A DNA stretch of 64,000 nucleotides from a virus (taxonomy: Duplodnaviria; Caudoviricetes), in the IMG/VR virus record IMGVR_UViG_3300033068_000911, positions 5,537 to 69,536 of that record; one strand, 5' to 3'. Made by a program: the position numbers and the translations under genes. Below the pieces are notes generated by a model. That model had not been told where the DNA came from, did not search any database, and saw nothing but the letters and a program-made list of their open reading frames with translations. Below are positions 9,646-19,677 of the stretch, piece after piece. Positions within the stretch are counted from its first letter, which is position 1; each line of letters begins with the position of its first letter.

Positions 9646-9689
9646 CCGCTCGCGCCCAACCCCCCCTTGGGCGCGGGCGGTGTCGTTTT
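9646..9689 (+). terminator. Intrinsic terminator after the GH26 gene
   Basis: cgctcgcgcccaa / ttgggcgcgggcg stem followed by tgtcgtttt. Confidence 0.65.
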
Positions 9690-9781
9690 CAGGTAAACCG
9701 ATGTGCGATTAAGCGCGATAGGGCCGCGCGGCAGTATCGTGGCGACGACAGAACGAAACGCCTGAATGCGTCCGGAAGGAT

Positions 9782-10819
9782 TTGCATTCTCACTCAAAGA
9801 GGGTGGACGTCATCGCGGAACGCAGTACGATCACACAAAGTGTTCAGATTGGCGTCGAGTCGACGCCCGGTGTCGCAGTCGCGGCTAATCAGCGACTTGG
9901 CTCGATGGGATTCGCCATCGGCCCGCAGACTGAGTTCAAGCCGCTTCGGCCTATTGGGCAGAAGTATCCGAGCCTTCAGATTCTCGGCAAGGAATGGGCC
10001 GAGGCTGATCTTGAAGGGTCGCCGGTTTACACCGAGCTTCCCTATGCGTTCGCCAGCCTCATCAATTCTCCGACTGTCAGTCAGATTATGGATGGCGCAA
10101 CACCGACTGGCGCTTACCTCTGGACCTTCCAGTCCAACACGTATGGCGATGACACTCCCAAGACATTTACTGTTGAGCAGGGATCAGGTTTTCGCGCGCA
10201 TCGCGTTTCGAACTGCATCCTCACTGAGTATTCGATGGAGTGGGGCCGCGAGGAGATCGAACTCTCCGGCACGTGGCTTGCTCGCGCTATCGAGGATGGC
10301 GTCTCGCTGACGGCGAGTCCGCAGGCACTTCCGCAGATTCCGGTCAAGCCCGCCGACCTGTCGGTCTATCTGGACACCACGTCGGCGGCACTGGGTACGA
10401 CGAAGCAGACCCGCACGCTGAAGGGTGAGTTCACTGTCGAGGATCGCTACGCGCCTCTATGGGTCGTGGATGCCGCTCAGCCGTCGTTTGTGACGACGAT
10501 CGAGTCCGAGCCGACTGTCGAATTCAAGATGACCCAGATGGCCGACGCACAGGCGATGCAGAGCCTTGTTGCGATGCGCGGTGGGATCACCTCTTTCCTC
10601 CGGCTCGAAGGTGTTGGTCCGGTGATTTTCACTCCCACGGTGGGCGACCCGATCCGCCACCGCATGACGCTGGACATTGCAGGTCAGGTCAGCGACGTGT
10701 CTTCGTTTGACGACGAGGACGGTGTTTATGCCATTGAGTGGACCTTCAGCGCGGTCCACGATCCCACATGGGGCAAGGCTTTCCGGGCGACCGTCGTTAC
10801 GACGACGGACAGCCTGTAG
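9782..10819 (+). CDS. Major tail (tube) protein
   Basis: 345 aa; SVQIGVESTPG N-terminal motif, PKTFTVEQG; precedes the chaperone and tape measure genes. Start codon uncertain. Confidence 0.85.
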   Translation: MHSHSKRVDVIAERSTITQSVQIGVESTPGVAVAANQRLGSMGFAIGPQTEFKPLRPIGQKYPSLQILGKEWAEADLEGSPVYTELPYAFASLINSPTVSQIMDGATPTGAYLWTFQSNTYGDDTPKTFTVEQGSGFRAHRVSNCILTEYSMEWGREEIELSGTWLARAIEDGVSLTASPQALPQIPVKPADLSVYLDTTSAALGTTKQTRTLKGEFTVEDRYAPLWVVDAAQPSFVTTIESEPTVEFKMTQMADAQAMQSLVAMRGGITSFLRLEGVGPVIFTPTVGDPIRHRMTLDIAGQVSDVSSFDDEDGVYAIEWTFSAVHDPTWGKAFRATVVTTTDSL

Positions 10820-10905
10820 TAGACCGCAGAGGGACCAGGGTTCGGCAATGGAGGGGCTCGGACTCTGGTCCTTTTGCATGCCCGAATCCCTGTTAGCATT
10901 CCGTC

Positions 10906-11277
10906 ATGCGTATCTCTGATGCAGTCTCTCCGGCCCGCCCGCTCGAAGTCCACTTCGCCACGGGTACTCTCAATATCGAATATCGACCCTCGTCCTACAC
11001 GATCGCTGAGGCCGATAAGCTTGTCACCGAATCGGCTGAATTCAATGAACAAGCAACACCCGAACAGAAGCGCGAGCGTCTTCACAAGGTGGCCGACACG
11101 ATCGCTAGCATCATCGTCGCTTGGGATTTGGAGCACGACGACGGCACTCCGATCAGCCCTCAGGACAAAGACGCATTGGCGCACATTCCGATGTCGATCT
11201 TCACGGAAATCATCGGAGCCGTAAATGCCGACCAGAAGGTGACGCCGGGGGAAACAGAGCCCTCCGACGCTTCCTAG
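10906..11277 (+). CDS. Tail assembly chaperone (G)
   Basis: IIVAWDLEHDDGTPI motif; between the tail tube and tape measure genes. Confidence 0.85.
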   Translation: MRISDAVSPARPLEVHFATGTLNIEYRPSSYTIAEADKLVTESAEFNEQATPEQKRERLHKVADTIASIIVAWDLEHDDGTPISPQDKDALAHIPMSIFTEIIGAVNADQKVTPGETEPSDAS

Positions 11278-11471
11278 CAACGGAGGGCGTCACAGGCGCA
11301 TGTCCCCGCTGGTATCGGCTCATCACGGCGGCGCGCTATCTTCGCGTGCCGCCGTGGGAGTTGGCGCAGCGACCTGTCTATTGGACTGAGATAGCCTTAG
11401 CAGCGCAGGGCGCGGAGGCGGCGGCGGATAAGGCCAGGGCCAAGCGCAAGGTGGCGAGCAAGGGCGGTTAA
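10906..11471 (+). CDS. Tail assembly chaperone G-T frameshift fusion
   Basis: -1 frame ORF 11121..11471 overlaps the slippery site and ends 3 nt before the tape measure start. Confidence 0.8.
11247..11253 (+). other. Programmed -1 frameshift slippery site G GGG GAA
   Basis: In-frame heptamer near the chaperone 3' end; the -1 frame stays open to 11471 (CPRWYRLITAARYLRVPPWEL), giving the G-T fusion. Confidence 0.85.
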
Positions 11472-11474
11472 CCA

Positions 11475-14400
11475 ATGCCAACGGTTGCAGAACTTGACGT
11501 CCTTATCGACGCCAATGACAAGGCTACTGCAACCCTCGCCAAAATCGACGCACTCATCAAGTCGATGGAAGGCGATGATGTCGCTTTCGACATCACGGCC
11601 AACGCTGACGACGCTACCGCCGATCTGACGCGAGTCGAGGCAGCCATCCGTGACCTGGATGGCGAAATCGTCAATATCTCGGTGGACCTGGATTCTGCCG
11701 CAGCATCGGCGGAAATTGCATCGCTAACGGCTTCCATTGAGCGTTTAGGCGATATGGTTGCCGATCCAGAGGTGGATATCGACACCGCCGCAACCCTTGC
11801 GCAGATCGAAGCCCTCCGAGCCCAACTTGAAGCGCTCGACAGCCAGAACGTCGATATCGACGTCGAAGCTGACACGGCGGCGGCTATGGCACAACTAGCC
11901 GCGCTTGAACGCATGGTCAGCGACCTTGATAGCAGCAACGTCGATATCGAAGTAGACGCCGACACTGCGCAGGCAACTTCAGAACTTCTGCGAATCGAAG
12001 CGCTTCTCGACCGAATCGGCAGCATAGTCGCTGGCCCCAAAGTTGACATAGACACCGCTGCCGCGCTAGCAGACCTTGCTGCACTCCGGTCGATGCTTCA
12101 GTCCTTGGATAACGACGACATCGACATTGATGTCGATGTCGATGTTGCCAGTGCCCTGGCGAAGATCGCAAGCCTTGAAGGGGCACTTGCGGCGATAGAT
12201 AATCGTGAAACCATCACCGTTGACGTTGATACGAAGAACGCTGCCGCGAATCTGCGAAAGCTCTCAAATGAGTGGCAGACGATGTCTGAGAACATCGACG
12301 GCACGGTGGCTGCGGTGCTCACGCTCTACCCCGCCCTGGCCCCCCTTGGCGGCGTCGCAGCGGCAGGTGTCGGAGCGCTCGCGACAGCCTTCACGACGGC
12401 GGGGATTGGCGCTGGCCTCTTCGGGGCCGTCGCCGTTTCCGCATTCGATGGAATCGGCGCAGCGCTAAAGGGTACGAAAGGTGCTTACGCTAAACTGGAC
12501 GCCGAGCAACGGAAGATGTTCGCCAGTATCCAGGAATTCCAGGGCGTCTGGAAGAACTTCGTAGATCAGTTCAAGCCTCAGGTTTTCGAGATTGCCACGG
12601 TCGGACTTAAGGGCATCGCGTCGATCCTGCCATCCCTTGCTCCCATCGTCGAGAACACGGGCAAGGCATTCCTAAACCTTGAGAAATCGGCAATCGCTGC
12701 ACTTCAAGGTCCATTCTGGCAATCGTTCATTTCCACGGTCGGGAGCAGCGTCCAGCCGATCCTTGAGGGTCTTGGCCGATCCATCGGCAACATTATCACC
12801 GCATTTGCGGGAATGGTGAAAGCCTTCACTCCATTGACCCTTGAGTTCGTCGCAGGACTTGAGGAGATGACCGCGGGCTGGGCTGCATGGGGCCAGTCGC
12901 TTTCATCCAATCATCAATTCCAGGCGTTTATTGACTATGCGAAGGAGAATCTTCCACGAGTTAAGCAATTCCTCATCGACCTAGGTAAGGCGTTCGTTGA
13001 CCTCATGCAAGCCGCCGCGCCCGTAGGTGCGGCAATGCTTGACATCGCAAGCAAGGCTCTTAGCGCTTTCTCAAGATTCCAGGATGCGCATCCCATGCTT
13101 ACGTCAGTTGCGGTTGCGCTCGGTTCTCTTGCACTCGCGGCAATGAAGGTCGGCGGGCCGCTTCTCAACATGGCCTCTGGTGGAAGCGCCGTCCTTGGCC
13201 TCATGAGAATTCTTCCGGCCCCGGTTCTCATTGCTGGTGCTGCGATTGCCGCGATCGCCGCAGCATTCGTCGTTGCCTACTCCGAGAGCGAAACTTTCCG
13301 CACGCAGGTCCAACAGGCCGTTAGTGCCGTTACGACATTCGTCCAAGCAGAAGTGAAGAAATGGGAGGATTTCTTTACCGAGTTTGGTGATGTTTTTGAC
13401 AAGGTTGGTCAGACGTGGGGTCCAGCACTCCGGAAAGCCTGGGACGGCGTAGTTGCCGCCGTTCAAGCCGGATGGGAGCGACTTAAAGGTATTCTTGAGG
13501 CGGCAATGGATGGGTTTCGCGGATCTATCCTCGCCTGGGCTGGCGGACTGTCCGGCGATTTCGGAACAATGTTCAAGGGTTTGGGCGATGCCGTCGTAGG
13601 CTTTGGAAAGGCGATTGGCTTAGCGATCAAAGCGATTCTCGATGGGCTTTCTGGTATCGGCGGTATTATTGCTGACGCAATTGCGGAAGTAACCCTTTCT
13701 GCACTTAAGGCAATTGCTGACTTCGCGGGACAGCTTTTCAAGTCGGGTGTGGCATTCTTCGCTGACTTTGCAAAGGGCCTCGCCCAAGGTGGCTCAGTCA
13801 TCGCTGGCATCATCCAGGGCATCATTGCCGGTGGCGCGGCATTCCTTCCTGGCTCTCCTGCCGAAAAGGGGCCGCTCTCCGGTAGTGGCTGGACGCATAC
13901 GCGAGGCGTCAACATGATGACCGACTTCGCAGACGGCATCACGTCAGCGTCGGGATTGGTAACATCGGCAGTTCAGTCGATCATGGATGCTATTGCAGCG
14001 ATTCTTAGCCAAGCAGGCGCTTCGTTCAATGTTGCATTCACTGCTGCATGGACTGGCATTCTTGAAAGCGTAACCGCTGAATGGTTGGCCATTCAGGCGG
14101 CCATTGATTCTGCGATGTCTGCCATTCGATCCGCAATCGACGCGGGAATGCTTGCAATTCAAGCTTCTGTCACTGCTGCAATGACAGCCGTTCAGGCAGC
14201 CATGACTAGCGGATGGACTGAGATTCAGGCGGCTATCGCGGCAGCGATGGCAGGCATTCAAACTGCTATCACAGCGGCAATGACGGCGATCCAAACCGCT
14301 ATTGAATCTGCAATGACAGCCATTCAAGCCGCGATGACCTCGCAGTGGCAGTCAATTCAGAACGCCGTGACCGCTGCGATGACGGCGATCCAGACGAGCA

Positions 14401-16634
14401 TTCAGACAGCAATGTCCACAATCCAGACTGATATTACAAGCGCAATGCTTGCGATTCTGCTCGTCATGACTTTGCAGTGGCAGGCAATCCAGATCGCCGT
14501 GCAGAATGCCATGCTGGCCATTCAGACGACGATTCAAGCCGCGATGATGCAGATTCAGAATGACATCACCGCTGCGATGCTCGTCATCCAGGCTGCCATG
14601 ACCACACAGTGGCAGGCCATCCAGACCGCGATCCAGACTGCAATGCTGGCTATTCAACTCATTGTCCAGACTGGCATGACTCAGATTCAGACGGCCATCC
14701 AGAATGGCATGACACTGATTCAGGCAGTCATGCTCACGTCATGGGCATTAATTCAAGTCACCGTGCAGACAGCATTGATCGCCATCCAGACTGCCGTAAT
14801 CGTAGGAATGGCGGCAATCGTAGCGGCAGTTACGGCGGGAATGACTGCAATGAGTCTTGCTGTAACTTTGGGCATGACTGCAATGACGCTGGCAGTTACC
14901 ACAGGCATGACTGCGATGACACTGGCCGTCACCGTGGGCATGACTGCGATGGCCGCTTCAGTGACCGCTGGCATTGCTCTCATCGTTGCCAGCATGGCAG
15001 CGGGCTGGGCGCAAGTTCAGGCCACCGTTCAAGCAGTTCTTACAGTCATTGAGACAATCATCAATGTCTCGTGGAGTATGACCATTCCTGGCTCCATTAT
15101 GGCGGCGCTGGCAACGCTCGCCGGGATCGTCACAGCCGGATGGGCTCCGGTACAGGCTGCTGTTCAGGCGGTCTTGACGGTAATCGAGACAATCATTAGC
15201 GTTTCGTGGAGTATGACCATTCCCGGCTTTATTATGGCGGCGCTGGCAACGCTCGCCGGGATCGTCACAGCCGGATGGGCTCCGGTACAAGCCGCCGTTC
15301 AGGCAGCTCTTACGGCTATCGAAACGATCATTAGCGTTTCGTGGAGTGCGACCATTCCTGGCTTTATTCAGCAGGCACTTGCAGTCATCGTCGCCAATGT
15401 AGCGGCAGGCTGGGCTCAGGTTCAGGCTGCCGTACAGACAGCGATGACTGCAATCCAGACTGCTGTTCAGACAGCATGGACAGCTATCCAGACTGCCATT
15501 CAAACAGCAATGACAACGATTCAAAGTATTGTCACGGCTGGCTGGACTGCAATTCAGAGTGCTGTCACCACGGCCATGACTGCAATCCAGACTGCCGTGC
15601 AGACGGCATGGACGGCCATCCAGACTGCCGTTCAGACGGCAATGACGCAGATTCAGAATATCATCACCACCGCATGGACGGCTATCCAGAACGCTGTACA
15701 AACTGCACTTACGGCGATTCAAAATGCCGTGCAGACCGCTTGGCAGGCAATCCAGAACGCTATTCAGACTGCAATGACGCAGATTCAGAATATCATCACT
15801 ACCGCATGGACGGCTATCCAGAACGCTGTACAAACTGCACTTACGGCGATTCAAAATGCCGTGCAGACCGCTTGGCAGGCAATCCAGAACGCTATCCAAA
15901 CTGCCATGACCGCGATCCAAAACCTCATCACCTCGGCTTGGCAGGCAATTCTTACGGCAATTCAGAGCGCATTGAACACAATTCTCAGCGCCGTGACAAG
16001 TACATGGAATCAGATCGTCAGTGCCGTTCAAAGCGCAATGACCAGCCTAGTTAACGCGATTACTCAAGGAATGTCTCAGGCAGTCTCTGCTATCCAGAAT
16101 GGCCTAAGTCAGATGCTCAGTGCCATTACAAGTGCCGCTGGGCAATTCGCGAGCGCAGGCCTAGCGCTCATGCAGAACTTTGCTTCGGGTATCGCCTCGG
16201 GTGTTAGTGCCGCCGTCTCGGCTGTCAGTAGCGCAGTTTCCGCAGTCACCGCACTTCTACCTGGCTCTCCGGCGAAAATCGGACCCCTCTCCGGTCAAGG
16301 CTGGACGCAGGTCCGTGGCCGCCACTTGGTGGAAGACCTCGCCGCAGGCCTGGAATTCACGCGCCCGCTGGACCGGGCAGCCTCCGCCCTGGCCAACTCG
16401 ATGGCCTGGCCCCTTGACGGCATGGCACGATTCGATGCGCTCGCCGGGGGCCAGGGCTGGGGGGTCGGTGGCTTGGGTCGAGAGGGTTCCGCGCCGATCA
16501 CCATCACGGTCGAGGCCGGTGCCATAGTCTTGACTCTCGGAGAAGGCGTTGATCCCGAAGCGGCGCGAAGCGCATTCGACAGCGCGGGTGATGAGATTGC
16601 CAGCGCACTCCTGACCGCCCTGCAACGCCGATGA
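11475..16634 (+). CDS. Tape measure protein (1719 aa)
   Basis: Longest ORF; DVDADT-type N-terminal repeats, Ala/Gly/Ile-rich helices, long run of about 11-aa repeats (IQTAIQTAMTA) with periodic Trp. Confidence 0.95.
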   Translation: MPTVAELDVLIDANDKATATLAKIDALIKSMEGDDVAFDITANADDATADLTRVEAAIRDLDGEIVNISVDLDSAAASAEIASLTASIERLGDMVADPEVDIDTAATLAQIEALRAQLEALDSQNVDIDVEADTAAAMAQLAALERMVSDLDSSNVDIEVDADTAQATSELLRIEALLDRIGSIVAGPKVDIDTAAALADLAALRSMLQSLDNDDIDIDVDVDVASALAKIASLEGALAAIDNRETITVDVDTKNAAANLRKLSNEWQTMSENIDGTVAAVLTLYPALAPLGGVAAAGVGALATAFTTAGIGAGLFGAVAVSAFDGIGAALKGTKGAYAKLDAEQRKMFASIQEFQGVWKNFVDQFKPQVFEIATVGLKGIASILPSLAPIVENTGKAFLNLEKSAIAALQGPFWQSFISTVGSSVQPILEGLGRSIGNIITAFAGMVKAFTPLTLEFVAGLEEMTAGWAAWGQSLSSNHQFQAFIDYAKENLPRVKQFLIDLGKAFVDLMQAAAPVGAAMLDIASKALSAFSRFQDAHPMLTSVAVALGSLALAAMKVGGPLLNMASGGSAVLGLMRILPAPVLIAGAAIAAIAAAFVVAYSESETFRTQVQQAVSAVTTFVQAEVKKWEDFFTEFGDVFDKVGQTWGPALRKAWDGVVAAVQAGWERLKGILEAAMDGFRGSILAWAGGLSGDFGTMFKGLGDAVVGFGKAIGLAIKAILDGLSGIGGIIADAIAEVTLSALKAIADFAGQLFKSGVAFFADFAKGLAQGGSVIAGIIQGIIAGGAAFLPGSPAEKGPLSGSGWTHTRGVNMMTDFADGITSASGLVTSAVQSIMDAIAAILSQAGASFNVAFTAAWTGILESVTAEWLAIQAAIDSAMSAIRSAIDAGMLAIQASVTAAMTAVQAAMTSGWTEIQAAIAAAMAGIQTAITAAMTAIQTAIESAMTAIQAAMTSQWQSIQNAVTAAMTAIQTSIQTAMSTIQTDITSAMLAILLVMTLQWQAIQIAVQNAMLAIQTTIQAAMMQIQNDITAAMLVIQAAMTTQWQAIQTAIQTAMLAIQLIVQTGMTQIQTAIQNGMTLIQAVMLTSWALIQVTVQTALIAIQTAVIVGMAAIVAAVTAGMTAMSLAVTLGMTAMTLAVTTGMTAMTLAVTVGMTAMAASVTAGIALIVASMAAGWAQVQATVQAVLTVIETIINVSWSMTIPGSIMAALATLAGIVTAGWAPVQAAVQAVLTVIETIISVSWSMTIPGFIMAALATLAGIVTAGWAPVQAAVQAALTAIETIISVSWSATIPGFIQQALAVIVANVAAGWAQVQAAVQTAMTAIQTAVQTAWTAIQTAIQTAMTTIQSIVTAGWTAIQSAVTTAMTAIQTAVQTAWTAIQTAVQTAMTQIQNIITTAWTAIQNAVQTALTAIQNAVQTAWQAIQNAIQTAMTQIQNIITTAWTAIQNAVQTALTAIQNAVQTAWQAIQNAIQTAMTAIQNLITSAWQAILTAIQSALNTILSAVTSTWNQIVSAVQSAMTSLVNAITQGMSQAVSAIQNGLSQMLSAITSAAGQFASAGLALMQNFASGIASGVSAAVSAVSSAVSAVTALLPGSPAKIGPLSGQGWTQVRGRHLVEDLAAGLEFTRPLDRAASALANSMAWPLDGMARFDALAGGQGWGVGGLGREGSAPITITVEAGAIVLTLGEGVDPEAARSAFDSAGDEIASALLTALQRR

Positions 16635-16647
16635 AGAGGTAGGCAGC

Positions 16648-19600
16648 ATGCCAACGAGGATCACCTACGGGAATCATGGAGATTCGCTTCAGGGTTCACC
16701 AGAGAAGCGCTTGGATGTCGCACCGGATGGAACGCTCTACGCGGCCATTGTTGACACCGATGACTGTAGGGACGGATATCTCAAGTTCTTCCAGTCGGTC
16801 AATGGTGGCTCAACGTGGTCTTACGTTTCGCGGTCTGACCTTGATCTTGAGCAGACGACGGCTGTTCCTTCGTTCTTTGTCGACTCTGACGGATACGCGC
16901 ACGTCTCATGGGTGACATGGGGTTGCGACCCGCAATATGTCATCTACGCACGCGGCACCCCTCGCTCCGGTGGCGGATGGTCATGGAAAACGAAGTGGAT
17001 CAAGCCTGCGCTCGGGCGAATGGGCGTCGATAGCGATATCGTTGCATTCCGGCAGGGCTCGGGCTGGGTTGCATGGATTTCGTGGAATACGCATTCAGGT
17101 GGCCACACGTCGCGCGTTCGCATCTCGGCGTCAGGAACACTGACCGTCGAGGCCACAACCTCCGGACCTGCGTCCGGTTCGTCGGGGTATCAGCCGGGTG
17201 CGATGGAGTTCGTGCACACTGGCGATGGCCGAACCCCTGCGACCGCACCGTCGATTCTCTACACGAACTTTATGCAGGGCTCGTCGGGTCCGATTCGCTT
17301 GAATCGAGCGCTGTACTCAGGTGGATCATGGACATGGGAATCCCCGGTGCAAGCCGTTGCTTCCGTGAACATCAGCAAAACAACGCTCGTTCAGGCGTTC
17401 GACGGTACGCGGCTCATCGTCGCCTATTCCGGTAGCGGATCGTCTACGGTCAGTTGCCTCCAGTGGGTCCCTGGTGCTGGCTCAGTGACGAGCATCAATC
17501 CTCCGGGCGCGCCTGGTGGCACTGGTGAAGTGCTCGGTATCAGCATGTCGATTGATCCATTGACAAACGACATCTATCTTGCGTATTACGACATCACCAA
17601 TGGCAATATCCGGTGGTCTCGCTACAATCGTACGGCGGGCACGTGGAGCGCATGGGCCGTTGCGATCACGCGTAGTCCGAGCAGCGCGGACGGCAAGGTC
17701 CAGTTAGTTCGGCATCCCCCACGTGATTCCGTCGATATGATCTACGCGACGGGCTCCGGTTCGTCGTGGCAGATTTACAGCCATCAGTTGACCGCGCTTG
17801 TGCGCGCGCCGACCGCTCCGACACTTCTCGACCCTCCATCGGGCGCTCTGCGCAACTTGGCGGCAGGCTACACGTTCACATGGAAGTACAACCCTGTAAG
17901 CCCTGGCGACACTCAGCAGGGCTGGTTTTTCCGTCGCAAGGCGGGGGCTGGCAGCGCTGAGTACTGGAATGCCGCATCCGGCACCTGGGGCGCAAGCGAA
18001 ATCCTGAATACCGGATCAGGCGCGTCTGCCTCATTCCCTCCCGGCACTTGGGCTAGCGGAACGTCATTCACATGGAGCGTCAAGACGCGCTCCGCAACGG
18101 GCCTCGATTCCCCCTGGGCCGCAGATCGCACGGTTGTCGCAACGTCAGCGCCCGTCGTCACCGTAACCGGCCCGGTCGGCATTGTCTACGGTGAATCAAC
18201 TCCGCTTATCACCTGGGACTACTCGGGCATCGATGCGCAGCTTTCTTACCAGGCTGCCGTTTTCACAGAACTTCAGGCGTCGATCCCTGGATTTAATCCG
18301 GCGTCCAGTCCCGCAGCATGGCGAGGCGATGTCACATCCAGTGCCATTGCCCGCAGTGCGCGCGTCGATACACCGCTCGATGATCGAGTTGGCTTCCGTG
18401 CTTACGTGCGATGCACATCGGCCATCGGTGTCGCGAGCGAATGGGGCTACGAGTCTTTCGTCATTTCGATCAATCCGCCCGCAGGGCCGATCGTAGAGCT
18501 CCGGGAAGAGATTAAGTATGAGACGGAAGTTCCGCGTGTTCGGCTTGATGTGACTGGCCAAAGCAACTTTATGGACCAGATGCAAGCCATCGGTACTGAG
18601 GGCTGGGACGCCGAGACGAACGTGACAGTTGCCGCAGAGGTTGATGATCCGCAGAACCAGCTTTCCCGGTCCCTCAAGATGACATCAAATGCGGCAGGTC
18701 TCATCAGCGCACAGTCCGCTGTGGGATCACCTCCGCTTGCGCCAATAGGTGAAGAACAGCCCCTTGGGCCACTGTCGTGGCCAGTCGTTGGCGGGTCGCC
18801 GTACACCGCTCTCGCATCGTTCAAGGCGGCGGCGACGGCCAGGGCGGCGCGTGTGGCTATCCGGTGGTACGACGCGGACGACGGGACCGGAAATCTCATC
18901 GAAGAGACGACGGGGGATCAGGTTGTCACAGGCTCCACGATGTTCGAGGCCGCGTACGCCACCGCCCTGGCCCCACCTGGCGCGAAGCTTGCGCGGGTTG
19001 CCGTGCAGGTACTCGGCACGACGGCGGCAGGTGAGGCGTTCTGGGCGACTGGCCTGTCGTTCGCCCCTGGTCGTTCGCTGACGTGGAGCGCGGGCGGGTA
19101 TGCGACGACGCAGACGGTGCGCGTGGAGCGCTCACTGGATGGCGGATCGACGTGGAAGCTTGCGGCTGATCGAGTGAAGACGAGCCTTTATCAGCGAGCG
19201 ATCGCTTACGACCGAGAGATGCCTTATCGTGTTGATGCGAAGTATCGTGCGGCAACTGTAGTTGATCTGGGGTTTTCGTCAATCGTCAGTGGGTGGTCGC
19301 TAATTTCCACGATCAAGATCGTTCATGACCTGTGGTCAATTCGCGATCCCGACGATGATGTAGGTGAACTCAACGCCATCGTGACTGAATTTACGGAACA
19401 TGATGATGAATCGTCATCAGTGCATCGGCCCGCTGGCCGCGAGTACCCCGTGATCGACACTGAGGGTTACCGGGCAAGCGAAGGAACGATGACTGTATTC
19501 GTCGGATCAGGGAAGTTGGATAAGGCGAAGGGTGTTCTCACGCGCACCGTTCCGATGATTGTCCAGTCTCCGGCTGGCCGCGTCATGTGGGTGCGATTCC

Positions 19601-19677
19601 CGAACCGTGACTACGATGTCGAAGCTTTGCGGCACAGGCTCGTAAAGATTAAGTTCTACTCGATCGGCGCAGTCTAG
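16648..19677 (+). CDS. Large minor tail protein (beta-propeller-like + Fn3-like domains)
   Basis: 1009 aa after the TMP; SVNGGSTWSY and SLDGGSTW BNR-like motifs; Fn3-like FTWKYNP and FTWSVKT. Confidence 0.75.
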   Translation: MPTRITYGNHGDSLQGSPEKRLDVAPDGTLYAAIVDTDDCRDGYLKFFQSVNGGSTWSYVSRSDLDLEQTTAVPSFFVDSDGYAHVSWVTWGCDPQYVIYARGTPRSGGGWSWKTKWIKPALGRMGVDSDIVAFRQGSGWVAWISWNTHSGGHTSRVRISASGTLTVEATTSGPASGSSGYQPGAMEFVHTGDGRTPATAPSILYTNFMQGSSGPIRLNRALYSGGSWTWESPVQAVASVNISKTTLVQAFDGTRLIVAYSGSGSSTVSCLQWVPGAGSVTSINPPGAPGGTGEVLGISMSIDPLTNDIYLAYYDITNGNIRWSRYNRTAGTWSAWAVAITRSPSSADGKVQLVRHPPRDSVDMIYATGSGSSWQIYSHQLTALVRAPTAPTLLDPPSGALRNLAAGYTFTWKYNPVSPGDTQQGWFFRRKAGAGSAEYWNAASGTWGASEILNTGSGASASFPPGTWASGTSFTWSVKTRSATGLDSPWAADRTVVATSAPVVTVTGPVGIVYGESTPLITWDYSGIDAQLSYQAAVFTELQASIPGFNPASSPAAWRGDVTSSAIARSARVDTPLDDRVGFRAYVRCTSAIGVASEWGYESFVISINPPAGPIVELREEIKYETEVPRVRLDVTGQSNFMDQMQAIGTEGWDAETNVTVAAEVDDPQNQLSRSLKMTSNAAGLISAQSAVGSPPLAPIGEEQPLGPLSWPVVGGSPYTALASFKAAATARAARVAIRWYDADDGTGNLIEETTGDQVVTGSTMFEAAYATALAPPGAKLARVAVQVLGTTAAGEAFWATGLSFAPGRSLTWSAGGYATTQTVRVERSLDGGSTWKLAADRVKTSLYQRAIAYDREMPYRVDAKYRAATVVDLGFSSIVSGWSLISTIKIVHDLWSIRDPDDDVGELNAIVTEFTEHDDESSSVHRPAGREYPVIDTEGYRASEGTMTVFVGSGKLDKAKGVLTRTVPMIVQSPAGRVMWVRFPNRDYDVEALRHRLVKIKFYSIGAV

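Noticed and set aside
14950-15900. Diversity-generating retroelement template/variable repeats
   Set aside because: The duplications are in-frame TMP repeats with synonymous differences, not adenine-specific changes, and no reverse transcriptase is present.
13944-16054. Long Cys/Asp/Leu-rich ORFs overlapping the tape measure gene
   Set aside because: They are shadow frames of the 11-aa repeat region, with no independent SD or domain signal.
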